Shown: positions 40,504 through 52,407, counted from the first letter of the whole stretch. The stretch is DNA of 63,580 nucleotides, filler included, from Octopus bimaculoides (GCF_001194135.2; 6 parts of 6 records of this genome joined end to end with filler, not necessarily neighbours in it); one strand, 5' to 3'. The notes: generated by a model from the sequence alone, not told the origin. Made by a program: numbers and translations.

Positions 40504-40539
<36 letters not shown>

Positions 40540-41838
40540 CAATATATCGGGATAGATTATCCAAGCGGGTGCAGTAATAGCTCTCATGTATAATACAGTT
40601 TTGTCGGCTAACCGTAGAAAGACCCTGAATGAAGGTGCACAACAGATTATTGTGGGTTCAATGTGCAACTGCAAATACTATGTGCAGCAGAAACACCTGC
40701 CGGTCAATTTAAGCAACTGTTTGTGCTGTATGACCAACTGCAAAATTAAATGAAACATTCGAAGATGTACCACACTCCGTATACTTTGTAATTTATATAT
40801 ATATATCTATATATATATGTGTGTATATATATCTAAAATAAATGAGAGAAAGAGAAAACGGAATTCAGGCGATTCTTTATTAATTATAGCGATCGTTTCA
40901 ATCGCTGGTGCACCGATCCCTCGCAGGTTGAGATAATATACAACTGGTTATGCTGCACATTTCGGTGCAGATTTGTGTCGTCAGGTGATTTTTCCCCCAA
41001 AAAGTACCCCGTTCAATAAACTTGGTTTCGTTTAGTTCGATTATACAAGATGTTGTTATTTTACCTGTAGGTGGTTGCCTGTAGGCCTTGTAGTTTCGAA
41101 TGAGATGGAAGATGGAATGGATACAGTTTATACGTTCAAATAGGTTTCAAATAGGTTTACATATAGTTACTCATNNNNNNNNNNNNNNNNNNNNNNNNNN
41201 NNNNNNNNNNNNNNNNNNNNNNNNNNNNNNNNNNNNNNNNNNNNNNNNNNNNNNNNNNNNNNNNNNNNNNNNNNNNNNNNNNNNNNNNNNNNNNNNNNNN
41301 NNNNNNNNNNNNNNNNNNNNNNNNNNNNNNNNNNNNNNNNNNNNNNNNNNNNNNNNNNNNNNNNNNNNNNNNNNNNNNNNNNNNNNNNNNNNNNNNNNNN
41401 NNNNNNNNNNNNNNNNNNNNNNNNNNNNNNNNNNNNNNNNNNNNNNNNNNNNNNNNNNNNNNNNNNNNNNNNNNNNNNNNNNNNNNNNNNNNNNNNNNNN
41501 NNNNNNNNNNNNNNNNNNNNNNNNNNNNNNNNNNNNNNNNNNNNNNNNNNNNNNNNNNNNNNNNNNNNNNNNNNNNNNNNNNNNNNNNNNNNNNNNNNNN
41601 NNNNNNNNNNNNNNNNNNNNNNNNNNNNNNNNNNNNNNNNNNNNNNNNNNNNNNNNNNNNNNNNNNNNNNNNNNNNNNNNNNNNNNNNNNNNNNNNNNNN
41701 NNNNNNNNNNNNNNNNNNNNNNNNNNNNNNNNNNNNNNNNNNNNNNNNNNNNNNNNNNNNNNNNNNNNNNNNNNNNNNNNNNNNNNNNNNNNNNNNNNNN
41801 NNNNNNNNNNNNNNNNNNNNNNNNNNNNNNNNNNNNNN

Positions 41839-41920
<82 letters not shown>

Positions 41921-42103
41921 GTACAGAGAGATAAATAATGTAGTGCGAATACAAAAATATAAACACTTAAATACACACATATACACTATTAGACACATTT
42001 TAATTGAGGTGTGTGTGTGTGTTTATCCTATATTTTATACATTTGTGCGTGCACAAAAACACACATGCAAACACACAAGACTAATTATGAATATATACAT
42101 ACA

Positions 42104-42146
<43 letters not shown>

Positions 42147-42287
42147 GTCTCTGCGCAAGTGTGCGTGTATGTGTGGCTGTGTGTGTTTGTGCGCGCGTAT
42201 GTGTGTGTGTGTTACGTCTCTAGCGGGGAAAGTACAAACCCATTTAATAATCATCTGCTAGATTAATTTTAATGCCTCTAACATTCA

Positions 42288-42336
<49 letters not shown>

Positions 42337-42703
42337 ACACATACGCGCGCGCACGCACGCACGAAGGCACACACAGACATTCTCTGAATACTACATATGT
42401 TTTGATGCTTTATATTTTTGATTTCATATTCAAACTTGGTGGACGACGGAGCTTCAACTCCTATGTGGATAAAATAGGAACGGTTATTTAACGTGGGTCT
42501 CTGTTGATATACTCATATGCATAAATATATACATACATACATACATGAATGGATGTATATAGGTATACACACACGATTATGGATATGTATATATTTATAT
42601 GTATGTATATATACATGTATATATATGTGAGTGTGTAATTATAATATATGTATAATATATGTATATATATGTATATATATGTATGTATGCATATTTACAT
42701 ACA

Positions 42704-42736
<33 letters not shown>

Positions 42737-43394
42737 NNNNNNNNNNNNNNNNNNNNNNNNNNNNNNNNNNNNNNNNNNNNNNNNNNNNNNNNNNNNNNNN
42801 NNNNNNNNNNNNNNNNNNNNNNNNNNNNNNNNNNNNNNNNNNNNNNNNNNNNNNNNNNNNNNNNNNNNNNNNNNNNNNNNNNNNNNNNNNNNNNNNNNNN
42901 NNNNNNNNNNNNNNNNNNNNNNNNNNNNNNNNNNNNNNNNNNNNNNNNNNNNNNNNNNNNNNNNNNNNNNNNNNNNNNNNNNNNNNNNNNNNNNNNNNNN
43001 NNNNNNNNNNNNNNNNNNNNNNNNNNNNNNNNNNNNNNNNNNNNNNNNNNNNNNNNNNNNNNNNNNNNNNNNNNNNNNNNNNNNNNNNNNNNNNNNNNNN
43101 NNNNNNNNNNNNNNNNNNNNNNNNNNNNNNNNNNNNNNNNNNNNNNNNNNNNNNNNNNNNNNNNNNNNNNNNNNNNNNNNNNNNNNNNNNNNNNNNNNNN
43201 NNNNNNNNNNNNNNNNNNNNNNNNNNNNNNNNNNNNNACCGAAAGCTTTTTGGCGCTAGTGCTGCATGTTTCGTGTTTCAACCTATCAATATATTGATGA
43301 GTGGAAACACGAAACTTCAAGCAACAGCGCCAAGTAAATAGATAGATAAACTGGTAGCTAGATATGGAGATATATTGGTTTTACATGTTGAAAC

Positions 43395-43590
43395 AAGACC
43401 AGCAATTCCGGAGAAGGACCTAAGTCGATTACATCAACCCCAGCGTTCAACTAGTACTTATTTTATCGACCCCGAAAGGATGAAAGACAAAGTCGACCTC
43501 GGCAAAATTTGAACTCAGGACGTCAGGACGGATGAAATGTCGCTAAGCATTTCGCCCGGCGTGTTAATGATTCTACCAGTTCACCGCCTC
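43395..43590 (-). mobile_element. SINE family A
   Basis: tcgaccccgaaaggatgaaagacaaagtcgacctcggcaaaatttgaactcag...catttcgcccggcgtg; CpGs retained. Confidence 0.9.
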
Positions 43591-44403
43591 AGATATTCAA
43601 ACATATTAAAAGTTAGATAGACAGGTAGATTAATAGGTAGCTAACTAGCTAGGTTACTATATACATTGATCGGGAGATAGATAGGTACACTAGATGAATA
43701 AGTTGATGCACACGCAGTTTGATTCGTAAATAGATGAGTAGATAGATTAATAGATAGGTAGTTAGGTAGATAGATTGATAGTAAGGGAGACAGATATAGA
43801 TTGCCAGACGACAGATAGGAAGTTATATCGATATATTGGCAGATAGATATAGATTGATTGATAGGGAAATAAATAGATGGTTAGATAGGGAGAAAAATTA
43901 ACAGGTAGCTGGACAGAGGTATAGATTAGCAGGTAGATAAATAGAAAATAAAAAAGATCAAAGCGACTTCCCGAGGTATTGGCTCATGAGGACAGTTTTC
44001 CGGGTCCTGTGGCGTATATATTTCCCACCTGGTCGGGGCGCCGGGCCGTCGCAGCGTTACTCAGTTTTGCTAGCTGAATGGACTGGAGCTGCGTGAAATG
44101 AAGTGTCTTGCTCAAGAACACAATACATCCTCCGGTTCAGGTTCCTGAGCATTGGGATCGATTCGTGTGACTGCAATTCTTCAATGTGGTAAACCACCAT
44201 GGCCGCAGTTTAATGTTTGAAAGAAGTAAAACGGTTAAAAATAAGAATATATCCATCCATTCATACACACACACACATACACACACATACATACACACAC
44301 ATACACACGCATATATCTGTACATGTATATGTATTATACATACACACATACACACGCATATATCTGTACATGTATATGTATTATACATACATACATACGT
44401 ATA

Positions 44404-44624
44404 AGAGGGTGTGCTGAAAAGTTCATGAGTTTAAGAGACTCGCGAAAGGCCTGGTTGGAGACCCAATCTTCCGAGTTTTTTTTACAGGGCTTAGAAAAAC
44501 TGGAAGACTGCTGCAATAAGTGTGTGAATCTGAGAAGGGGACTATATTGAATAAAATCTTAATTAACTGATCCTGCTGTATTTTTTTTTACCCAAAGCCA
44601 GAAGCTTTTTCAGCACCCACCTCG
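44404..44624 (+). mobile_element. Mariner-derived MITE related to the 36905-37916 family
   Basis: TIRs agagggtgtgctgaaaagttc and gaagctttttcagcacccacctcg, TA flanks; keeps transposase C-terminus EFFLQGLEKLEDCCNKCVNL. Confidence 0.85.
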
Positions 44625-45299
44625 TATATTTATATATAGGTATGGTAATACAAAACACTTTGGTAAGGAGGGGGCACAGAAACACAAACGTCTATATATA
44701 TATATATATATATNNNNNNNNNNNNNNNNNNNNNNNNNNNNNNNNNNNNNNNNNNNNNNNNNNNNNNNNNNNNNNNNNNNNNNNNNNNNNNNNNNNNNNN
44801 NNNNNNNNNNNNNNNNNNNNNNNNNNNNNNNNNNNNNNNNNNNNNNNNNNNNNNNNNNNNNNNNNNNNNNNNNNNNNNNNNNNNNNNNNNNNNNNNNNNN
44901 NNNNNNNNNNNNNNNNNNNNNNNNNNNNNNNNNNNNNNNNNNNNNNNNNNNNNNNNNNNNNNNNNNNNNNNNNNNNNNNNNNNNNNNNNNNNNNNNNNNN
45001 NNNNNNNNNNNNNNNNNNNNNNNNNNNNNNNNNNNNNNNNNNNNNNNNNNNNNNNNNNNNNNNNNNNNNNNNNNNNNNNNNNNNNNNNNNNNNNNNNNNN
45101 NNNNNNNNNNNNNNNNNNNNNNNNNNNNNNNNNNNNNNNNNNNNNNNNNNNNNNNNNNNNNNNNNNNNNNNNNNNNNNNNNNNNNNNNNNNNNNNNNNNN
45201 NNNNNNNNNNNNNNNNNNNNNNNNNNNNNNNNNNNNNNNNNNNNNNNNNNNNNNNNNNNNNNNNNNNNNNNNNNNNNNNNNNNNNNNNNNNNNNNNNNT

Positions 45300-45444
45300 A
45301 CAGCAGGGTTCTCCACCACCCCCTGCCGGAGCTTTGTGGAGCTTTAGGAGTTTTCGTTCAATAAACACTCACAACGCCCGGTCTGGGAATCGAAACCGCT
45401 AACCTACGACCGCGAGTCCGCTGCCCTAACCACTGGGCCATTGC

Positions 45445-45447
<3 letters not shown>
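45300..45447 (-). mobile_element. SINE family D, 5' tRNA-like part
   Basis: Minus strand gcaatggcccagtggttagggcagcggactcgcggtcgtaggttagcggtttcgattcccagacc; matches 55212-55597. Confidence 0.8.
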
Positions 45448-45491
<44 letters not shown>

Positions 45492-46057
45492 TTAATACTA
45501 CAATCCCTTAGATCGTCCTTTATAATTAGTTGATTAATGATATTAACTCACTTTAATATCAACACAAAGGAAAGCGTTATGGGTTTAGTTTTTCTTGTTA
45601 ACTTGTATTCGTTAATATTCGTTGCGTTTATATCAACAATGCTGTAAAGTACTGATTGGCAGACTCGTGCAAAATTAGATTTACGTATATAATCAAAGTT
45701 AATTAATGTATTTAGGATTAGTAACAACTGTTATAAGAGTTTGAGTTATATTATAAGAATTTTAGCAAATATAAATGATATTCGAAATACGTCATTATGG
45801 TGTGTTTATTTATTCATGCCTGTAATGCAATTTTCACTCGTAGTAAAAATATTATTTAATGATTCCTCTCAGAAACACCATTGCGTGTTTCTACATATAA
45901 TACGCACACACAAACATACCCACTCACACAAACACACACACATATATGCACACACAGATAGATATACAAGTAAGTACATAAATGCAAAACAAGGTGGGAA
46001 AAAATAGTACTCGAATACCTAAGGTAGAGTAATAGGCTTTTATTAAAATCTTCACAA

Positions 46058-46099
46058 AACTTTTACTCAGAGTTTCACGACCCCATTCGTCGGACAGTT
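46058..46099 (-). ncRNA. Minimal type-I hammerhead ribozyme-like motif, U4C core variant
   Basis: aactgt-CCGACGA-atg(gggt)cgt-GAAAC-tctga-GTA-aaagtt; helix I 5 of 6 bp, helix II 3 bp, palindromic helix III. Confidence 0.55.
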
Positions 46100-46269
46100 G
46101 TGATCACAAAACTGGCGCTCCGTCGGTTGCGGCGATGAAGCAGGCCTGTTGCCAGATTTTGGTCTCTGGAGGTGCTTCAGAATATTCTGGGTGGGCACTA
46201 ATTTGTTGTAATGCTAAAGTGGAGTAAATCTGAGGGTACACCATTGAATAGTGAGGGGACAGTACCATC

Positions 46270-46585
46270 CAGTGCAACCCCTTAGCGAAGAGGCTTCCAG
46301 TGGATTCGATTAACTGAACAACTTACTCCTGAAATTAACGGGCATGTGACTGAGCATTCCACAGATACAAGTGCCCTTAATGTAGTCCTCTGGGAGATCC
46401 AGCATGACACAGAATGTGACAAGGCTGACCTTTGAAATACAGGTACAACTCATTTTGGCCAGCTGAGTGAACTGGAGCAACGTGAAATAAAATCTCTCAC
46501 TCAAGGACACAACACGCCAACAGGTATCGAACCCACGACCTTACGACTATGAGCTGAATACCGTAACCATTAAGTCACGTGCTTT
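46270..46585 (-). mobile_element. SINE family D, diverged copy
   Basis: gtgactgagcattccacagatacaagtgcccttaatgtag...gtgacaaggctgacctttgaaatacagg shared with 55300-55400. Confidence 0.75.
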
Positions 46586-47482
46586 CTCTATCCTGAGGCA
46601 AGATTGTTACCAACGTTGAGCGCCGGATTAAATAATTCACAGTACTCCATTTTCTCCATCCACCCATGTTCAAATCTCAGCATTGTGCCAGGTTGCGATT
46701 CTTGTATCAACGGATTCTCGTATCGAACTCTCATTCATCTATAACGTCTTCGTACCGCGTTCCACCCCACCCCAATCCCACCCGTTTAATACATTAAGTG
46801 AACTAATTCCTTGTTGGCAATATTGGCTTTGTGAGTTCGAATCATCCTCACCGTGTTAAATTCGCCTTTCATCCTATCGGGGTCGTTAAAGAAAATATCA
46901 GTAATATACTGGGTCACTGAAATCGATTACATTACTGTCACCACTCTACAACCGCTGTTATCAACAAAACCATCGCCACCGCCGCCACCACCACCACCAC
47001 CGTCGCCCCATCACTCTGATCACAGTTGCTGCCACCCATCCACAGAAAAAAAAATTGATAATTTGCGTTTATAGTAGAAATCAATATTATTATATAATTT
47101 GCCGATCGATATCCCCAATAGAAATGACGAACTAATCGATATCGTCATCACCCGTCATTGAGAAAATGAATTTTTAAAGGCGTTTCAACCGTAACCATTT
47201 TGTGATGTATCTTTAACTTTATCTGAAATGTCAGTTTTTTTTTTTTAAACCGTGTAATATGATTGAGATTTGGCTGCTATTTTTAGCGTGTCAGCGAACT
47301 CATAGACACTCTCTGGATCTTAAACCTGATTGTGAATTCTTTCAGCGATGTTGTTGGGTGAAATGCTAACTTGTAAGTATAACTGTCGGATGAATTACCA
47401 AGGTTTTTTGGAGTTTGCTGTTCATACCCATGTATCTCTGACCAAGCATCTCTATAATCAAAGGCGTTCCAGACGCGACCAT

Positions 47483-48445
47483 CCCATTGCTAAAATAGCT
47501 ATAAAATTATTATACCACACTGCCAATATCGCTATAAAAATGTCATACCCATTGTTAATTTTGCTCTAAAAATGTCACACCACATTGCTAACGCTATAAA
47601 AACGGTATACCCATTGTTAATATCACTATATCACACCCATTGTTAATATTCCTTTCTACTCCAGGCACAAGGCCCGAAATTTTGGGGGGAGCGGGGCCAG
47701 TCGATTAGATCCACTCCAGTACGCAACTGGTACTTAGTTTTTCGACCCTGAAAGGGTGAAAAGCAAAGTCAACCTCGGTGGAATTTGAACTCAGAATGTA
47801 AAGACAGTCGAAATAGCGCTAAGCATTTCGCCCGGCGTGCTAACGTTTGTGCCTGCTCGCTGCCGCATACCCATTGTTAATGTTAAAAAAATATATCCAT
47901 TGCTAATATTGGTTTCACATTTTGGCACAAGGCCAGCAATTTCGGGGGAGGGAGTTAGTCGATGACATCGATCCCAGTACTCAACTGGTACTTAGTTTAT
48001 CGATTTCGAAAGGATGAAAGACAAAGTCGACCTCGGCGGAATTTGAACAAAGACCGTAAACACTAACGAAATGTCGCTAAGCGTTCTGCCCGGCGTGCTA
48101 ACAATTCTCTGAGCTCGCCTCCCTTTCCGTTGCTAATATTACTATAAATATGTCGTCCACGTTGGTAATATCGCCATAAAGATGTCATATCCATTGCTAA
48201 TATCGCCATACAAATGCCATACACATTGTTAATATGGCTATAAAAATGTCCTAGCCATTGCTAATATCGCTATAAAAATGTCATACCCGTTGATAATCTC
48301 ATTTCTGTTACAGGCACAAGGTCTGAAATTTTTTGTGGGACGGGGTATTAGTCGACCTCAATGCTCAACCGTCCCCCAAAGTTTCGGACCTTGTGCCTAG
48401 GGTAGAAAAGAATATCGTTATGTAAATTGCTCACCCTTTGCTAAT
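47483..48445. repeat. About 33 bp minisatellite interrupted by SINE A copies (47645-47865 -, 47905-48122 -, 48300-48412)
   Basis: Unit ccattgctaatatcgctataaaaatgtcatac recurs before, between and after the SINEs. Confidence 0.85.
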
Positions 48446-48993
48446 ACTGCGTGGTTGCTCCCTCCGGAAGTCGACACGTCTTAATGTTGTTTAGTTAGTG
48501 ACATTTAGATGTAGGACGTCAACATGTCGCGAGATGTCAACACACACACTACCCACTTTGTCACCTGTCACAGACAGAATAACACTCTTTTAGTGACTAG
48601 TATACTATCTGTTCATACATTAGATTCGTATAATCATTACATGTCTATAGTCTTAGCTCTTACTTTCGTATACACCCAGTCACATGGATACGTAGGACGA
48701 CTGTAACGTGTATATATATGTAAGTAGAAAACATTTATATACAAGACATAACAAAGGCAGGCGTTCATGACATATATGTAAGCAAAGTGCACATTCTCGA
48801 CAATCTATATGTTTACATGCAAATGAGGACATATAGACGCATGCATACACATGTATACATACATGCATACATGTATACATACGTACATACATACATTTAG
48901 GCAAATCAAAAACAGAAACGGAACAACAAAAGTGAAAAAGACGTACGCAGTGAATGTATTTAGTGAATGCTCAGTTTAAGATGGATAAAAGAG

Positions 48994-49027
48994 GGCGATT
49001 GTCGTTTCGAGCGTGGCTCTTCGTCAG
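48994..49027 (-). ncRNA. Hammerhead-like motif, probably inactive
   Basis: CTGACGA-a-gagc(cac)gctc-GAAAC-gacaatc-GCC; both core boxes and helix II are perfect, but U16.1 is C and helix I is absent. Confidence 0.45.
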
Positions 49028-49410
49028 AAAGAGGAAATGGGGAAACGTCTGGAGAGAAGGAAAAGAATAATCCGAGAAAAGCAAGTGTGTGGTTACATGG
49101 CTGAAGTGATGCATGCATATTATATATGTGTGTGTGTGTGTGTGTGTGTGCCTAGGTATCTTTATGTTTGTTTGTCTTCTTATATATATANNNNNNNNNN
49201 NNNNNNNNNNNNNNNNNNNNNNNNNNNNNNNNNNTTAATTAATTAANNNNNNNNNNNNNNNNNNNNNNNNNNNNNNNNNNNNNNNNNNNNGAACTCAAAA
49301 TCTTGGGGTTAGTAGCCCATGCTCTTAACCACTAAGCCATATGCCCGTGGGCATATGGCATAGTGGTTCGAAATTTCTGGAATTTACACAGTTGTTGGAG
49401 GTTCTTAAGT

Positions 49411-49702
49411 TCATCATCATCGTCGTTTAACGTCCGCTTTCCATGCTAGCATGGGTTGGACGATTTGACTGAGGACTGGTGAAACCAGATGGCTACACCA
49501 GGCTCCAATCTGATCTGGCAGAGTTTCTACAGCCGGATGCCCTTCCTAACGCCAACCACTCAGAGAGTGTAGTGGGTGCTTTTTACGTGCCACCCGCACG
49601 AAGGCCAGTCAGGCGGCACTGGCAACGATCTCGCTTGAAAATCCTACGAAGGCCAGTCAGCATGGAAAGCGGATGTTAAACGACGACGACGATGATGATG
49701 AC
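49411..49702. mobile_element. Family C copy with inverted termini
   Basis: catcatcgtcgtttaacgtccgctttccatgct at the left, agcatggaaagcggatgttaaacgacgacgacgatgatg at the right. Confidence 0.8.
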
Positions 49703-50119
49703 TGCCACAATCCATTAATACATTCTAATACCAAACTGGGAACTGGCCCTTTCATCAGGGAAAAATATCTTCACCAAAGAGGTTCCACATTCTGGTAATC
49801 CATCAATATTACAAGGAAAGACTTGAATTCCTTCTACACTCTACGATGGACATTATTCTGGATCCCTTTTTATAATTTCTAGTCACCTTGTTATGTATAC
49901 ATTCATATTTTCTTCATATGCTTTCATATGCATTGTTCTTTACAGGTTTTTCACATGTGTTTATATGTGTATACCTTTGGGTTTTGAGTTCTGAATACAA
50001 CCGGTATTCTAATGTATTTATTTATGTTCAACGGTGTGAATATATGGGGGACGATATAAAGTTGTTTGCCCAATTCTGATGTTTATTTTTTAACTACTGA
50101 GTTAATATTTATATATATT

Positions 50120-50445
50120 GACCAAGACCTTTGGAAATGTGCTGTGCATGAGAAGACCCGGCAAGCCAAGTGAGATCGTTGCCAGTGCCCCTGGACTGGC
50201 TCTTGTGCGGGTGGCACATAAAAGACACCATTTCGAGCGTGGCCGTTTTCGTGCAGGTGACACGTAAAAGCACCAACTACACTCTCTGAGTGGTTGGCGT
50301 TAGGAAGGGCATCCAGCTGTAGAAACTCTGCCAATTTAGATTGGAGCCTGGTGTAGCCATCCGGTTGCACCAGTCCTCAGTCAAATCGTCCAACCCATGC
50401 TAGCATGGAAAGCGGACGTTAAACGACGATGATGATGATGATGAT
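50120..50445 (+). mobile_element. Family C copy (RTE-type tail)
   Basis: ggcgttaggaagggcatccagctgtagaaac...gcatggaaagcggacgttaaacgacgatgatgat. Confidence 0.85.
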
Positions 50446-51112
50446 ATGTATATATGATTTATGGGCCCGGTTTCTCGGTTTCTATGGCATATGTATTCCC
50501 CCTCCAGCATGGCCGCAGTCAAATGACGGAAACAAGTAAAAGAGGAAGTTTGCGGGTTTTTCTCATATCGAAGTTTGATAAGCTGAAAAAAAGTTATTTC
50601 ATAGTTCACAGCTCGCAACTAGGGTTGCTATATATGCAAATAAGGATCCAAATTGAGGGAATGGAGCAGATAGAGTCCAGGCTAGATGTGTTCCCTTGCT
50701 AGCAGGACCTTGGAAGTAGTAATTACTCAATGAGGGGGCACTCAGCTTGCTATTCATCAGGCTATGTTTATATTTGTGCAGTCGGAGGTTGTGATATCAG
50801 TTTGGCTATCATAGCTAAAACTGATACACAGGTTACAGTTGACACAACTTTCAGATACCACGAGCAATGTTACAACTTTTGTCCAACACACACACACACA
50901 CACATCATTCAGTGTTGACTGTCGGGACGAAGGAGTACTCATTACTATGGTAAATAAGAAAGTATTTCATTTTGGTCGAGTCAGTCCGTTGCTGCTCTGA
51001 GTTTCAGCTGTGGGCGCATAAGTGATCGTGAAGACGTGGTTTCAATTCCTGGAGCAGGCAGGCAGCATTTGCTATTCCCTTTCTCTATTTCCTTCTTTCT
51101 TTTCTTTCCCAG

Positions 51113-51265
51113 GTAATAACAAACGAAGAGGCAGAGAGACGAGGCAAACGTTACGATGCTGAGGGTCGAACCTACCTGTTTGACTTAGATTACAACGATG
51201 GCGATTGCCCGTTCACAGTGGATGCTGGTTACTATGGAAACGTGTCGCATTTTGTGAACCATTCG
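51113..51265 (+). CDS. SUV39H: SUV39H1/2-like H3K9 methyltransferase, SET-domain exon
   Basis: Long pyrimidine tract cccag|...|gtgagt; [51 protein letters not shown]; phase-0 ends. Confidence 0.93.
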
Positions 51266-51321
51266 GTGAGTTCCCTAATTTTATGGCATAATGAGGCTTT
51301 TGGGTGTCAGGTTTGTTTTAA

Positions 51322-51597
51322 TTACAGGTGTGCTATCTTATGTTGGTCGTTAGTAGAAATAGTCTGTCCTGATAATTAAGGTTTTATACTTTGTTATGTT
51401 GCACATAAATAGAAATAATCTGTCCCACTAATTAAGGTGTTATAACCTTGTATGTTGGACGTTAGTAGTAAAAGTGTCCTGCTAATTAAGGTGTTATACC
51501 TTGTTGGACATTAATAGAAATAGCCTCTGCTTCTAATTAAGGTGTTACACCTTGTTACGTTGGACGTTAGTAGAAATAGTCTGTTCTAATTAATGTT
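51322..51597. repeat. About 60 bp tandem repeat, about 4-5 units
   Basis: aattaaggtgttataccttgttatgttggacgttagtagaaatagtctgtcc recurs. Confidence 0.85.
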
Positions 51598-51614
51598 TGA
51601 TAGGTTGGTATGTA

Positions 51615-51845
51615 TTTCTTTATTGCCTACAAGGGGCTACACACAGAGGGGTCAAACAAAGACAGACAAAGGGATTAAGTCAATTAGATCGACCCCAGTG
51701 CGTAACTGGTACTTATTTAATCAACCCCAAAAGGATGAAAGGTAAAGTCGACCTCGGCGGAATTTGAACTCAGAATGTGGCGGCAAACGAAATACCGCTA
51801 AGCATTTCGCCCGGTGTGCTAACGTTTCTGCCAGCTCACCGCTTT
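51615..51845 (-). mobile_element. SINE family A in SUV39H intron
   Basis: gaccccagtgcgtaactggtactta...gtcgacctcggcggaatttgaactcag...gccagctcaccgc. Confidence 0.9.
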
Positions 51846-52076
51846 ATGTTTGATAGGTTAGTATATTCACCATCATCATCCATTGTCCATACTGGCATGG
51901 ATTGGACGGTTTAACCAGGGCTGATAAGCTGAGGGGGCTGCACCAGACTCCAGTCTGATTTAGCGTAGTTTCTACAGCTGGATGCCCTTCCTAATGCCAA
52001 TGATGCCAATGCTAACAGACTGACCATTTATCGGTTGGAGATAAAATGCAGTGAAATCACAGAAACTAATATATAG

Positions 52077-52407
52077 CAATTAAACCTTGGGAGAGGCATT
52101 ATGCCGGTAATAAACACACGCACTGGTTCAGTCCTTTATTAATTTATAAACAGTATATAATTTTTTTGTTAAATTATTTCATTGCACTCTTGCAATCTCT
52201 TCACTAACTTGTCTCTCCACTTCCATTTATTTTGAATGTATGATCTGGCGTTGTTTTGGCGTTGTTTCGAAACTGGAGAGACAAGTTACTGAAGAGATTG
52301 CAAGAGTGCAATGAAATAATTTAACAAAAAAACTATATAAATTAATAAAGGACTGAACCAGTGCGTGTGTTTATTACCGGCATAATGCCTCTCCCAAGGT
52401 TTAATTG
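52077..52407. mobile_element. Near-perfect foldback (about 145 bp arms) with a hammerhead-like motif in each arm
   Basis: caattaaaccttgggagaggcattatgccggt... / ...accggcataatgcctctcccaaggtttaattg; CTGAAGA at 52289 and GAAA at 52313. Confidence 0.9.

Noticed and set aside
49468-49500. CTGAGGA-ctggt-GAAAC in family C (also near 6866 and 52975) as hammerhead
   Set aside because: No helix II or I and no NUH after helix III; ctgg/ccag forms a competing hairpin.
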